Assembly (NCBI GenBank): GCA_963663035.1
Contig: OY760074.1
Coordinates: forward strand, 800,001 to 864,000
Source: Acidobacteriota bacterium
GTDB lineage: Bacteria; Acidobacteriota; UBA6911; RPQK01; JADFOI01
Length of the DNA stretch: 64,000 bases
Reading direction: 5' to 3'
Part shown: piece by piece, positions 18,845-29,068 of the stretch
Layout of the letters: every line of letters starts with the position of its first letter
Position numbering within the stretch: the first letter of the stretch is position 1
Notes under the pieces: generated by a model
The model's database searches: none
Told to the model about the DNA's origin: nothing
What the model saw: only the letters and a program-made list of their open reading frames with translations
Program-made: the position numbers and the translations under genes

Positions 18845-19864
18845 ATGAAAAGACTGTCACACATGGCTTCTGTGCTGATGATCCTGATTCTGCTGTTTCC
18901 GACCAGTGTTACTGCCGGTCGAAAACACACGGACGTGGAGAAGATCGGGAATCGCAAGATCAATGGAAGGATCGTCGGCATCTTTCCCAATTTCATCTCT
19001 CAGGGAAAGGAGATTCAGCTGGGTGCCCAGTTTGCACAGATGTTCGAGGAGACAGCGCGATTGGTGGAAGACCCGCTGGTGACGGAGTATGTCGACCGAC
19101 TTGGACAGGAGATTGTCAAACACTCGGACGCCAAGGTGCCCTTTATGATCAAGGTGGTGGACACCGATGAAGTGAATGCCTTTGCTTTGCCGGGCGGCTT
19201 TCTCTATGTCAACAAGGGTCTGATTCTGGAAGCTGACAATGAATCTGAATTGGCGGGAGTCCTGGCTCATGAAATTGCTCACGTGACTGCCCGGCATGCT
19301 ACTGAGAGGATGTCAAAAGGTCAGCTGCTGCAGTTCGCTGCCATTCCCGCTCTCTTCGTGGGAGGAGGTTTGGCCGGGTATGGAATTCAAAATGGTCTGG
19401 GTCTGGGTATGAATCTGGCTGTCCTGGGCATTACCCGAAAGTCTGAGTCGGAGGCAGATCAGCTGGGGACACAGTACCTCTGGAACACGGGGTACGATCC
19501 TCACGGGTTCATTACCTTTTTTGAAAAACTTGAGGCCCGGCAGAAGGACAAGCCTGGTAAGTTCGCGGGCTTCTTTAGAACTCATCCCACCCCCGAGAGT
19601 CGGATCGAAGATGTGCAGGAGGAGATTTCCTTTTTGCCTGCTAAGGGAGAATACGTTGTCAGCGGTTCTGAGTTTGAACGGGTCAAGGCTCGCTTGATCG
19701 AGTTGGACTACCAGGGAATGGAGCCAGGTACGTATCAGGGACAGGCAGAGGCCAAGCGGCCAACTTTGAAGCGAAGAACCAACACAGACGGGACGGAACG
19801 GGACAAGCCCACTTTGAAGAAAGACCGTCCCACCTTGAAGAGGTCAGAAGGCTCGAAAAGCTGA
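18845..19864 (+). CDS. M48 family metalloprotease (BepA/YfgC-like)
   Basis: NAFALPGG, AHEIAH, ESEAD, THP; signal peptide. Confidence 0.9.
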   Translation: MKRLSHMASVLMILILLFPTSVTAGRKHTDVEKIGNRKINGRIVGIFPNFISQGKEIQLGAQFAQMFEETARLVEDPLVTEYVDRLGQEIVKHSDAKVPFMIKVVDTDEVNAFALPGGFLYVNKGLILEADNESELAGVLAHEIAHVTARHATERMSKGQLLQFAAIPALFVGGGLAGYGIQNGLGLGMNLAVLGITRKSESEADQLGTQYLWNTGYDPHGFITFFEKLEARQKDKPGKFAGFFRTHPTPESRIEDVQEEISFLPAKGEYVVSGSEFERVKARLIELDYQGMEPGTYQGQAEAKRPTLKRRTNTDGTERDKPTLKKDRPTLKRSEGSKS

Positions 19865-19896
19865 CGGAGACGGACTAAAGGGGACAGCCCCCTACT

Positions 19897-20418
19897 CTAA
19901 TGATCTTCGGAAGGTGGCTTTGAGTAATCGTCAAAGACGAATGTGAAGAGTTCCGGCTCTCCACCGGAAACCGTTTCAGGAAGCCGAAGCAAGAGCGTCA
20001 GGGTCACGGGAAACTCTACCTCTCGGTCCAGTTTGGCTTCCACTGTCCCTGGGGCTGCTCCAACTCCCAGGGGGGTGCCGGGAGGATCAGGAAATTCACC
20101 CCAGTGAACCGTTCCTTCGCACTCACCAACCTTGTCGGGAGGCAGGAGCTCGGTAAATTCATCGTACAGATAGACCCGGAACAACCCCTCTGGAGTCAAG
20201 GTTGCTTCCAGATGATGCTTATTATCCAGTGCCATGAAGAAGACTCCGCCATGTTTGGGGTCGTGATCTTCGTGGCCCATGGCTGTTTCCATTTCAGGGG
20301 AATGTTCAGCCATCTCTGCCTGGCCAGTCTCAACCTCAGGAGATCCACTCCCCTGGCAGCACACCAGAAGCAGTGCCAGGGAGAACACCACTAAAGAGAG
20401 AATTCGTGTGTAAGTCAT
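19897..20418 (-). CDS. His-rich lipoprotein, putative metal binding
   Basis: Lipobox-like LLVCC; GHEDHDPKHGG...HHLE. Confidence 0.7.
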   Translation of the reverse strand: MTYTRILSLVVFSLALLLVCCQGSGSPEVETGQAEMAEHSPEMETAMGHEDHDPKHGGVFFMALDNKHHLEATLTPEGLFRVYLYDEFTELLPPDKVGECEGTVHWGEFPDPPGTPLGVGAAPGTVEAKLDREVEFPVTLTLLLRLPETVSGGEPELFTFVFDDYSKPPSEDH

Positions 20419-20649
20419 AATCTGATGCCTTCTGTTTCAGTTGTCTTCTGCAAGCCAAATCAGCGCAAATGAGATTGCGAAGAGAGTCATCCTCGTCGCC
20501 ATACTGCTTGAGTGTACTTTGACTTTCTCCTGGAGTCGAGGTCAGTGGATTGAGAAATCAAAAATGCGATAAAGTGTAATGAATAAATTCAAAGAGATTT
20601 GTGGCCGATGACAGATCATATGAAGCCCTTGGGCAAGAGTTGGGAGAGC

Positions 20650-21696
20650 ATGGCGACACTCACAGATCTTCCTGCTTTCGGAATATGCGGCTGGAGTGGT
20701 TCCGGGAAAACGAGCCTGATTGAGCGTGTGGTTCCACATTTACGCAAAAAGGGACTCCAGGTGGCGGTGCTCAAGCACACTGACCATGAAATCGACGTGG
20801 ACCATCCTGGAAAGGATAGTGATCGACTCTTTCATTCGGGGGCGGATGTCTTTCTGAAAGGGTCGGAGGAAGGATTACTGAGGTCGCGAGAAGCTGCCCA
20901 CGTCAGCTTGTCTGCCACTCTCAGTTCACTCCCTCTGAGGTACGACCTGGTGCTGGTGGAAGGCCACAAAGAGTCACCTCTCCCCAAAGTGTGGCTGCTG
21001 GATCCGACTGAAAACCGAGCACCCGCTGAAATCGAGGAGATCCTTGCTACGCTGCCCCGCGACTCGGACCGGGTTGGGTCCTTCTTGTCTATTTTGGACA
21101 ATTGGCTCTTCAAGCAATGGCTGAAGACACCTGTTTTTGGATGCCTTCTGATTGGCGGTCAAAGCAAGCGCATGGGGCATCCCAAGCACATGATTCGAAA
21201 AGATGGCAAGACTTGGATTGAACGAAGTGTGGGATTGCTTCGTGAGCTAACCTCCACGGTGATGATTGCAGGGACGGGAAGTTTGCCGGAAGGCCTGGGA
21301 CAGTGCCTCCGTCTGGCGGATGTGCCTGCTGTCAGTGGACCCATGGCTGGGGTTCTGGCAGCTTTGCGTTGGGCCCCACGTGCTTCTTGGCTGGTGGCTG
21401 CATGCGACCTTCCTCTGTTGTCCCTGTCTTCTTTGGAGTGGCTTCTCTCCACCCGTGCACCCGGAGTCTGGGCCACGCTTCCCCAGCTGAGGGGGCAAGA
21501 CGGTCGGATTGAACCTCTCTTGGCTCACTACGATTTCCGATCCCGCTCCCTAGTGGAAACTTTAGCCAGCCATGGCGATTTTTCACTTTCTCGTTTGGGC
21601 TCCCATGCCAAAGTCATCGTGCCCTCGCCTCCTTCTTCTCTTGTCCCAGCCTGGCAGGACGTCAATACGCCGGCGGAGGCGATACAGGTTGGGTGA
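20650..21696 (+). CDS. mobA: Fused MobB-MobA molybdenum cofactor guanylyltransferase
   Basis: GWSGSGKT, LKH, PGKDS (MobB); GGQSKRMG, GPMAG, ACDLP, DVNTP (MobA). Confidence 0.88.
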   Translation: MATLTDLPAFGICGWSGSGKTSLIERVVPHLRKKGLQVAVLKHTDHEIDVDHPGKDSDRLFHSGADVFLKGSEEGLLRSREAAHVSLSATLSSLPLRYDLVLVEGHKESPLPKVWLLDPTENRAPAEIEEILATLPRDSDRVGSFLSILDNWLFKQWLKTPVFGCLLIGGQSKRMGHPKHMIRKDGKTWIERSVGLLRELTSTVMIAGTGSLPEGLGQCLRLADVPAVSGPMAGVLAALRWAPRASWLVAACDLPLLSLSSLEWLLSTRAPGVWATLPQLRGQDGRIEPLLAHYDFRSRSLVETLASHGDFSLSRLGSHAKVIVPSPPSSLVPAWQDVNTPAEAIQVG

Positions 21697-22269
21697 GTGA
21701 GTCAGCTACAGGTCTTCGAAAGAGGAGCTGGTTTCCCTTTACTGGCCCTGCCCAAGATACCGATGGTTCGAAGTGCAGTCCTGGTCGGTTCTATCGCCCC
21801 CGACATGGCTTTTTACGTGCTGTCATTGGGTTCGTTATGGTACTTCCAGAATGTGCTGGGGTGGCCCCGTAATGAGACTGCGAGGTATATATTCGGTACC
21901 CTGTATTTCGAAGATCCTGTGTGGATCGCTTGCCTGAATGTTTTGCACTCGCCCCTGAGCCTCGTGTGCGGACTGCTTGTCATCCGCTTGCTGAAGACCC
22001 GTTGGAGTCACTTTTCCAATTGGATGCAGTGGTTTCTGATGGCCTGTCTTCTGCACTCGTTTGTAGACATCGCCACTCATTATGACGACGGTCCCGTGCT
22101 CTTTTGGCCATTGAACTGGACCCTTCGCTTTTATAGCCCCATCAGCTATTGGGATCGTGCTCACTTCGGCAGAGAGTTTCGAATCTTCGAAATCATCTTG
22201 GACCTGTCATTAGTGGGTTACCTCATTTTCTCCTGGTTCCGCCGATCCCGACCACCGCAAACTGACTGA
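21697..22269 (+). CDS. Membrane metal-dependent hydrolase-like protein (N-terminus uncertain)
   Basis: GSIAPD, LHS, LHSFVDIATHYDD, FWPL. Confidence 0.7.
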   Translation: MSQLQVFERGAGFPLLALPKIPMVRSAVLVGSIAPDMAFYVLSLGSLWYFQNVLGWPRNETARYIFGTLYFEDPVWIACLNVLHSPLSLVCGLLVIRLLKTRWSHFSNWMQWFLMACLLHSFVDIATHYDDGPVLFWPLNWTLRFYSPISYWDRAHFGREFRIFEIILDLSLVGYLIFSWFRRSRPPQTD

Positions 22270-22303
22270 TCTGACAGTCCTGGTCCCATATCTGCTAGCT
22301 ATG

Positions 22304-23533
22304 TCAACTCTCACGATCGGCCACTGAGACATCCTCTACTGAGGCCTCATATTTGGCCTCGCTCAAGGTCTCCAGGATCTGTCGAAGGTGGCCCATCCCC
22401 AGCGTTTGAAGGACAAACTCCACTTCTGCTGTTCGTAAAGAGAGATTCGTGAAGGCTCGCTGATGGCGAACCTCAATGATGTTGGAGTTGGCCTCACCCA
22501 GGATCTGGCTCACTTCCGCGAGCGAACCCGGAACATCAGGTATCCCTACACGGAGTCTCACCAGCCGACCGGACCGGACCAGCCCGCGCTGCATGATCGA
22601 CGAGAGCGCGAGTAGGTCGATGTTACCGCCGGAGAGAATCAAGCCCACCTTCCGGCCCTTGAAGCGAGCCCGATGTTCCAGCAGCGCTGCCAGGCCGACT
22701 GCTCCTGCCCCCTCCACGACGGTTTTCTCCACCTCAACAAGAAGAAGCACAGCCGACTCGATTTGGCCTTCGTCGACCAGCAGGATCTCATCCACGAACT
22801 CTCTGACCAAGGGCAGTGTGTAGCGTCCCGGCTCTGTTACCGCAATGCCGTCCGCCATGGTAGTCGTGCCGCACTCGATCTTAGCGCCTTCCAGTGCCTG
22901 CAGCATCGAAGGAAAGCGTGCAGCCTGCACGCCGATCACTTCGATCTCTTGACGAATGCCCTTGGCAGCGATGGCGGTCCCGGCTATGAGGCCGCCTCCG
23001 CCAACCGGAACCAGGAGCACCTCCAGATCGGTGCAGGCCTCCAGCATCTCCACAGCAATGGTTCCCTGACCGGCGATGATCTGCTCATCATCGTAAGGAT
23101 GAATGAGGTGCAGGCCCCTTTCCCCGACAAGCACCTCGGTGAACTCGCGGGCCTCATCCAATCCCTTGCCACGGAGGATCACCTCGGCTCCAAAGGCTCG
23201 GGTGCTCTCGACCTTGATATTGGCCGTGTGACGCGGCATCACGATAGTGGTGGGGATGCCGAGCCCCTGAGCATGGTAGGCCACCGCTTGCGCATGGTTG
23301 CCCGCCGACATCGCTATGATTCCGGCCTTCTGCTCCTCCCTCGTGAGTGTCAGAAGCTTCACCAGAGCGCCTCGTTCCTTGAAAGAAGCCGTGAATTGGT
23401 GGTTCTCAAATTTGAGTCGTACATCGGCTCCAGTGATCTCAGAGAGCGTCTTGGATCGTGTGCAGGAGGTTTTGATAACGCTGCCCTTGATGGCTTCTGC
23501 AGCTTCATGGATCTTCTGTAGGCTAACCGTCAT
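22304..23533 (-). CDS. ilvA: Threonine ammonia-lyase with C-terminal ACT domain
   Basis: TASFKERGA PLP lysine, SAGNHAQ, PVGGGGL, SGGNID. Confidence 0.9.
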   Translation of the reverse strand: MTVSLQKIHEAAEAIKGSVIKTSCTRSKTLSEITGADVRLKFENHQFTASFKERGALVKLLTLTREEQKAGIIAMSAGNHAQAVAYHAQGLGIPTTIVMPRHTANIKVESTRAFGAEVILRGKGLDEAREFTEVLVGERGLHLIHPYDDEQIIAGQGTIAVEMLEACTDLEVLLVPVGGGGLIAGTAIAAKGIRQEIEVIGVQAARFPSMLQALEGAKIECGTTTMADGIAVTEPGRYTLPLVREFVDEILLVDEGQIESAVLLLVEVEKTVVEGAGAVGLAALLEHRARFKGRKVGLILSGGNIDLLALSSIMQRGLVRSGRLVRLRVGIPDVPGSLAEVSQILGEANSNIIEVRHQRAFTNLSLRTAEVEFVLQTLGMGHLRQILETLSEAKYEASVEDVSVADRES

Positions 23534-23652
23534 GATTCACCTCGCAATCTTGAGAGTTCATCATACGTTTTGGCCCATCTTTGCAAAAGAGCTTTCTGTG
23601 CTACATTGAGAAGGTCGATAGCCGGAGAGGGCGCACGCCTCGGTAGGGACCC

Positions 23653-24078
23653 ATGATCAAGGTCAGCAACACTCTTTTCATTCAAGAGGACGAACTTCAG
23701 TTCAAGGCTTCCCGCAGCAGTGGACCGGGGGGGCAGAATGTCAACAAGCTGAACACTCGGATGACACTGTCGTTTGACCTGGAAAACTCTCCCAGTCTGT
23801 CTCAGGCAGACAAGGAGCTGATCAAGAGACGCCTTTCCACTCGTATCAACAATAAAGGAGTTCTTCGCGTTGTCTGCCAGCGACATCGAACCCAGGAATC
23901 CAACAGGCGGACGGCAGTGGAACGGTTCACGGAGCTGTTGGCGCAGGCCCTCAGGAAAAGTACGCCCCGAAGGAAAACCCAAGTCTCAATGGCGGCGAAA
24001 CGCCGGCGCCTTGAGGAAAAGGCACAGCGCAGCCGATTAAAGCAGTTGCGGTCGAAATCTCAGTTGTGGGATGAATGA
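23653..24078 (+). CDS. arfB: Alternative ribosome rescue factor ArfB
   Basis: RSSGPGGQNVNK GGQ motif, basic C-terminal tail. Confidence 0.93.
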   Translation: MIKVSNTLFIQEDELQFKASRSSGPGGQNVNKLNTRMTLSFDLENSPSLSQADKELIKRRLSTRINNKGVLRVVCQRHRTQESNRRTAVERFTELLAQALRKSTPRRKTQVSMAAKRRRLEEKAQRSRLKQLRSKSQLWDE

Positions 24079-24120
24079 TTGTCTTTGGTTATAATGCGCG
24101 TAAGAAGAAAGGAGAAGCTC

Positions 24121-25044
24121 ATGCGTTTAGGGTTTGCTTTGCCACAGATCGGTCCAAATACAGGGTCGGAGGCCCTGATTACGGTCGCAAAAGGCGCGGA
24201 AGAACTGGGGTTCGACAGTTTGTGGGTGTTGGACCGAATACTCTGGCCGGTCGATCCCCAGGCACCCTATCCTGTAGGAGATGGCACCTTGCCCGAGCTC
24301 TACAAGACCGTGCTGGACCCCCTGGAAACGCTGACATTTGTTAGCGCTCACACAAGCCGCATCGGCCTCGGAACCAGCGTCCTGAACATCCCCTTTTACA
24401 ACCCCGTCATGTTAGCGCGACGTTTGAGCACGATTGACGTCCTCTCAGGAGGAAGGCTGCGTCTTGGCCTGGGACAGGGATGGTCACCCGATGAATTCGC
24501 TGCCGCCGGTTCAGTGATGAAAGATCGCGGTAAGCGCTCAGATGAATTCCTTCAGGTCCTCAAGGCAATTTGGACGACCGACCCGGTGGAGTTCAAGGGA
24601 GAGTTCTACAACATCTCAAAATCTTTTATCGGCCCCAAGCCGGTTCAGAAGCCACACCCGCCAGTCTTCATGGCTGCCTATGTTCCGGCCGCTCTGCGAC
24701 GTGTTTCGCGGTACAGCGATGGCTGGATGCCAGTGGGAATTCCCTTAAGTGGTGTGGCGCAGATGTTTGAAGGGGTAAAAGAGATGGCCCGGGAAGCCGG
24801 CCGCGACCCCGAGACACTGAATCTGGTGGTTCGCGGCAACCTTGAGTTCTCAGAGACACCGATCAACGGCGAGCGCGCCGAGTTCACGGGCACTCAGGAG
24901 CAAATCAAAGGGGACATCTCGGAGGCGCGTCAAACGGGTGCGAGTGAGCTGATCCTGGATGTGCAGTTCTCTCCTGATGTGGACTCGGTGGAAAAGTTGG
25001 TGGCACGCATGGAGCAAGTTTGGGAACTGGCCAAGGAGTCCTGA
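24121..25044 (+). CDS. LLM-class (probably F420-dependent) oxidoreductase
   Basis: AEELGFDSLWV.D, LGTSV, DVLSGGRL.LGLG.GW, PKPVQKPHPP. Confidence 0.88.
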   Translation: MRLGFALPQIGPNTGSEALITVAKGAEELGFDSLWVLDRILWPVDPQAPYPVGDGTLPELYKTVLDPLETLTFVSAHTSRIGLGTSVLNIPFYNPVMLARRLSTIDVLSGGRLRLGLGQGWSPDEFAAAGSVMKDRGKRSDEFLQVLKAIWTTDPVEFKGEFYNISKSFIGPKPVQKPHPPVFMAAYVPAALRRVSRYSDGWMPVGIPLSGVAQMFEGVKEMAREAGRDPETLNLVVRGNLEFSETPINGERAEFTGTQEQIKGDISEARQTGASELILDVQFSPDVDSVEKLVARMEQVWELAKES

Positions 25045-25059
25045 ACCAGTCAAACCATT

Positions 25060-25494
25060 TTGGCTGGAAGCTCTGCTCTGACCCAGAAGGAGAAGGAATT
25101 CATTGGCGCTGGGCGAGTGGCGCATTTGGCAACTTCTGATGCCAGGGGACGCCCATTGGTTGTGCCCATTTGCTATGCCGTTGATGGTTCTGATCTCTAC
25201 TCCTCCATTGACGAGAAACCCAAAAAGGTCTCCCCTCTCCTGCTGGAAAGGATAAGAAACATTCGTGAAAGCCCCTATGTCTCCATTGTGGTTGATAGAT
25301 ACGAAGAAGATTGGACACGACTGGCCTATGTTTTGATTCGGGGAAGGGCAAGGATACTCACCCGAGGTCCGAGACATAAGAAGGCTGTAGATCTCTTAGA
25401 GAGGAAATATCCTCAGTATCGAGAAATGGCCATAGACAGCCGCCCCATCATCCACATCACGCTTGACCGCACCAAGAGCTGGGGCGTTCTATAA
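25060..25494 (+). CDS. PPOX-class (probably F420-dependent) oxidoreductase
   Basis: RVAHLAT, DEKPK, RIRNI, DRYEEDW..L, KYPQY. Confidence 0.85.
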   Translation: MAGSSALTQKEKEFIGAGRVAHLATSDARGRPLVVPICYAVDGSDLYSSIDEKPKKVSPLLLERIRNIRESPYVSIVVDRYEEDWTRLAYVLIRGRARILTRGPRHKKAVDLLERKYPQYREMAIDSRPIIHITLDRTKSWGVL

Positions 25495-25575
25495 ATCCTT
25501 CTTTCAGGGCGGTGTACCCATGGTCGAAAGGACGGTCAGCCACTTTAAGAATTCAGGAAAAGCTAGGGAGGAGAA

Positions 25576-26076
25576 ATGAGTGGAACTCAATGGTTATTGG
25601 TCGGCCTCATCGGCTGTGGTCTCGTGGTCTTTTATGTGTCCAGCTCCAGACAGGAGTCACCTCCACAAGCACCAGAGCAGACGGATGTAACGCAAACCAA
25701 CGAGTCTCAGGGGCAAGAGATCACAGGCCAGGTGATCGAACACTCGGTCTTGCGTGAATGGAATCCCGATAACGATTTCAGAGGCCTTGGGTTGGAGATC
25801 CTGGTGAGTGACGAAGCCACTGAAGATCAGCTTGTAAGCCTCATCAAAACGCTGGCAGCTGCCAGCGACCATGTGAATATCAGGGTCTACAGTTCGGAAG
25901 AAGCCTATCAGGAAGAACGAAGCCAGAGTTATGGTGATGCCTATAAGAGAGGATATCTCTTGTTCTACGTCAAGAACTTCACCGGAAACGGCCTCTTCGA
26001 TGGATTCAACGAAATCAGGTGGATGCAGCAGACAGGCGATCTCCCTCATAAGCTGGGACAGAAAATAGAATTTTGA
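25576..26076 (+). CDS. Hypothetical membrane-anchored protein
   Basis: GGAGG RBS, N-terminal TM. Confidence 0.7.
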   Translation: MSGTQWLLVGLIGCGLVVFYVSSSRQESPPQAPEQTDVTQTNESQGQEITGQVIEHSVLREWNPDNDFRGLGLEILVSDEATEDQLVSLIKTLAAASDHVNIRVYSSEEAYQEERSQSYGDAYKRGYLLFYVKNFTGNGLFDGFNEIRWMQQTGDLPHKLGQKIEF

Positions 26077-26213
26077 CCGCTGACCACCGGGCCGCTGACA
26101 ACTGACAGCTGACCGCTGACCCGTCCGGAGCCCCGAAGGGGCGCCAGGTAATAGCCCAGGGCGTAAGCCCTGGGTAGGATGCAGCAGCCGATCAGAGCCC
26201 TGTAAGGGCGGCT
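26074..26213. repeat. Heptamer array (CTGACMR) plus a second REP-like palindrome family
   Basis: ccggagccccgaaggggcgc (inverse copy at 41161-41180), cccagggcgtaagccctggg, gccctgtaagggc. Confidence 0.7.
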
Positions 26214-26396
26214 CAAAGGCTCGACACTGCAAACTGAGGTTTACATCTGTGGGTGGAATCGGAGCCCACAGCTCCCCTTGAAGTCCCCACGCTGATTCCA
26301 GAAAAGACTAGAGCCACAGGAGTTACAGGCCGATTTCGGTAGTGATTTCCGACACTCTGGAATGGATATTGCTTCGATGAAGGACGAGCAAAGAAA

Positions 26397-26750
26397 ATGC
26401 CACGTTTGGAACGGACTCTGGAAGCCATCCTTGATGAAGTAGACGAGTTAGAACAGGTGCCTAAAGAGGACCTGTCTTTTGGCGATCAGGTGCGGGTAAC
26501 CACCTTCGACGCGGTCTACTCGATCCATGTGCTTGAGGACGGTTTCTACGCCGTGTCCGGCGGGTGGTTTGATCGCCACGGCCTGTCCCCCTGTAAAACA
26601 ACGATTAGCGGTTGCACCTGGGGCGGCAGTGCGATCAAGATTGACATTGTGGCAGCCTTAGGCTTGCGCCTGGAGTTCGGCAACCGACTCTTGAGTAGCC
26701 CTATTCAAAGGGTTGAAGTCATTCGATTCGAGGGCGAGCAGATTCACTGA
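26397..26750 (+). CDS. Hypothetical protein
   Basis: 117-aa ORF with protein-like composition. Confidence 0.65.
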   Translation: MPRLERTLEAILDEVDELEQVPKEDLSFGDQVRVTTFDAVYSIHVLEDGFYAVSGGWFDRHGLSPCKTTISGCTWGGSAIKIDIVAALGLRLEFGNRLLSSPIQRVEVIRFEGEQIH

Positions 26751-26767
26751 CCCTCCCCACCTTCTCC

Positions 26768-27826
26768 TCAGTCCTTTGAATTCCCAATAAAACTGACCAT
26801 CAGATCGGCAACCTCGCGGGGGTATTCCTGAAAGACATAGTGCATGCTCTGGTTGAAAAGGTGCAGCTCAGTGCGATCGACCACGGCGCTGATGATGTTG
26901 AAGATCTCGATGCCAATTGTATAAGAGGCTCCTGGATCATTGAATCCCCAGATAATCAAGGTTGGAGCCTTCAAGCGGCCTGCCTTGACTCGGGAGTAGG
27001 TTTCACGCTTCATGTCATCGATCCACCACCCGCCCCGAGACCTGGGGTTTTCCGCCATTTTTTCCGGATTCTTCTCCACCCACTGCGCAGTCAACGACCT
27101 CATTTTCTCGCTAGCTTCCCTGAACTTGGGAAGCAAGGAGACTCGGAGTTCCTCCTCAACAAAAGCATCGGTGAGGGAGTCTTTATGGTGTAAGCGGGAA
27201 ACCCAGAATTCACGAATAGACTCTTCGGTTGGAGTAGGGGGTTCCACTTGTTGAGGTTGAGTCGGAGTCGGTGGTGCCGCTGGGGGAGGTTGAGTTGGGG
27301 CGGAAGTCGTCTGGCTGGGTGGGTTTAGAGTGGCAGGATTCAGGGTGTTGCTGTCGTAGATGGTGAGAGTCTCTATCATCTCGGGGTGATCGGCAGCGAT
27401 ACGGAGCGAGGGCAGAGCACCTCTGGAGTGACCCGCCAGATGGACTTTCTGCATACCTAGCGTTTCCATAAACCTGTAAATATGCTGAGCGACTCCCAGC
27501 ATCGTGTAGTCGGCGTCCCTGATGGGATTTTCCGTATAACCCTGACCCAGCTTGTCTATGACATAGACGTGGAAATGTGGGGTCAGGTCATCAAAAATAG
27601 CTCTAAAATTATTGGAAAAATGGGCCGCGGAACCGAAGCCACCGCCGTGGACCAGCACCATGGCTTCGCCACTTCCCCCTTCAAAGTACCCGGTCCTGAC
27701 TCCATCCACGTCCACAAACTGGATCTCCCCCATCGGTGCTGCGGACAAGTGTGTTGTTGTAAAGAAAAGCAAAGCGGCCCAGCTGGCCAGAAAGTGTTTG
27801 AAGAAAGCCCTTCTCGGATAATTCAT
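26768..27826 (-). CDS. Alpha/beta hydrolase with Tat-like signal peptide
   Basis: RRAFF; VHGG, GHSRG nucleophile elbow, IIWGFND, C-terminal His. Confidence 0.88.
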   Translation of the reverse strand: MNYPRRAFFKHFLASWAALLFFTTTHLSAAPMGEIQFVDVDGVRTGYFEGGSGEAMVLVHGGGFGSAAHFSNNFRAIFDDLTPHFHVYVIDKLGQGYTENPIRDADYTMLGVAQHIYRFMETLGMQKVHLAGHSRGALPSLRIAADHPEMIETLTIYDSNTLNPATLNPPSQTTSAPTQPPPAAPPTPTQPQQVEPPTPTEESIREFWVSRLHHKDSLTDAFVEEELRVSLLPKFREASEKMRSLTAQWVEKNPEKMAENPRSRGGWWIDDMKRETYSRVKAGRLKAPTLIIWGFNDPGASYTIGIEIFNIISAVVDRTELHLFNQSMHYVFQEYPREVADLMVSFIGNSKD

Positions 27827-27838
27827 CTTTCTGCTACC

Positions 27839-28852
27839 TCACTTGGTGTTTGAGACCTTTGAGTTTTTGATGAAACCGACCATCAGATCGGCAATTTCAC
27901 GGGGATAGTCCTGAAAACCATAGTGCCCGCACTGGTTGAAAAGGTGCAGCTCGGTGCGATCGACAACCGCGCTGACGATGTTGTAGATATCGATGCCAAG
28001 TGTATAAGAGGCTGATGGATCGTTGAACCCCCAGATAATCAAGGTCGGAGCCTTCAACTGACCAGCATTGATTCGGTCGTAGGTTTCACGCTTCATCTCA
28101 TCGTACCACCACCTGCGCTGAAGCCCTGGGTTCTCCTCCAGTTTCTCCGGATTGTTCTTGACCCACTGATCAGTCAACGAACTCATCTTGTCCCTGGCTT
28201 CCTTGAGTTCGGGAAGCAATGAGACTCGGAATTCCTCCTCAACAAAAGCATCGGTAATAGACTCTTGATGGAATAAACGGGTAGACCAGACTTCACGAAT
28301 AGACTCTCTGGTTGGGGTCGGGTTCTCCACTTGTGGAGGTTGAGTCGGGCTGGAAGTCGTTTGGCTTGGCGAGGATGGAGGGTCAGGGGCCAGGGTGTTG
28401 CTGTCGAAGATGGTGAGAGTCTCTATTAACTCGGGGTGATCGGTAGCGACCCGGATAGCGGGCAGAGCACCTCTGGAGTGGCCCACCAGATGGACCTTCT
28501 GCAAACCCAGCGTCTCCATGAACTTGAAAAGATGCTGGGTGACTGCCAGCATCGTGTAGTCGGCGTCGCGGAGGGGATTATCCGTATGACCCTGATCGAG
28601 CTTGTCTATGGCATAGACATGGAAGTGTGGTTCCAGATAGTCAAAGATAACTCTCCAGTTATTGGAAAAATGGCCTCGAATATCACCGAAGGCACCGCCG
28701 TGGACCAGCACCATGGCTTGGCCGCTTCCCCCTTCGACGTATCCGGTCCTGACCCCATCCACGTCCATAAACTTGACCTCCTCCATCGGAGCCGCGTACG
28801 ACTGTGTCGTTCTAAAGAGGAGCAAAGCGGCCAGACTGGCCAGAGAGTGCAT
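27839..28852 (-). CDS. Alpha/beta hydrolase, tandem paralog lacking the RR motif
   Basis: Colinear with 26768-27826; GHSRG; ATG 28852 with the same upstream ggtagcagaaag. Confidence 0.88.
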   Translation of the reverse strand: MHSLASLAALLLFRTTQSYAAPMEEVKFMDVDGVRTGYVEGGSGQAMVLVHGGAFGDIRGHFSNNWRVIFDYLEPHFHVYAIDKLDQGHTDNPLRDADYTMLAVTQHLFKFMETLGLQKVHLVGHSRGALPAIRVATDHPELIETLTIFDSNTLAPDPPSSPSQTTSSPTQPPQVENPTPTRESIREVWSTRLFHQESITDAFVEEEFRVSLLPELKEARDKMSSLTDQWVKNNPEKLEENPGLQRRWWYDEMKRETYDRINAGQLKAPTLIIWGFNDPSASYTLGIDIYNIVSAVVDRTELHLFNQCGHYGFQDYPREIADLMVGFIKNSKVSNTK

Positions 28853-28980
28853 CTTTCTGCTACCGCCTCTTGGGTTATGGAAGATCGTTGTACCGAGCAA
28901 GGTTCATCTTCCCCTTAATTAGGGTGTGATTCTTGTAGATACTAGAACGTTAGGGGGTTGAAGGCAACGGAAATGTGGGT

Positions 28981-29068
28981 ACGGCTCTGACGGAGCTAAC
29001 GAGGTTCAAACAGAGCCGTGGGCTTTAGCCCACGGGCCTGTCAGCGGTCAGGTGTCAGTTGTCAGCGG
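28981..29068. repeat. REP unit with partial partner, plus GTCAG heptamers
   Basis: cagagccgtgggctttagcccacgggcc at 29011-29038. Confidence 0.75.

Noticed and set aside
21694-21699. mobA TGA immediately followed in frame by the next ORF (possible Sec read-through)
   Set aside because: MobA is complete at DVNTP, the TGA is not at a Cys motif and the downstream protein is unrelated.
24076-24121. arfB TGA in frame with the LLM ORF
   Set aside because: The LLM gene has its own AAGGAG RBS and ATG at 24121; no redox motif at the TGA.
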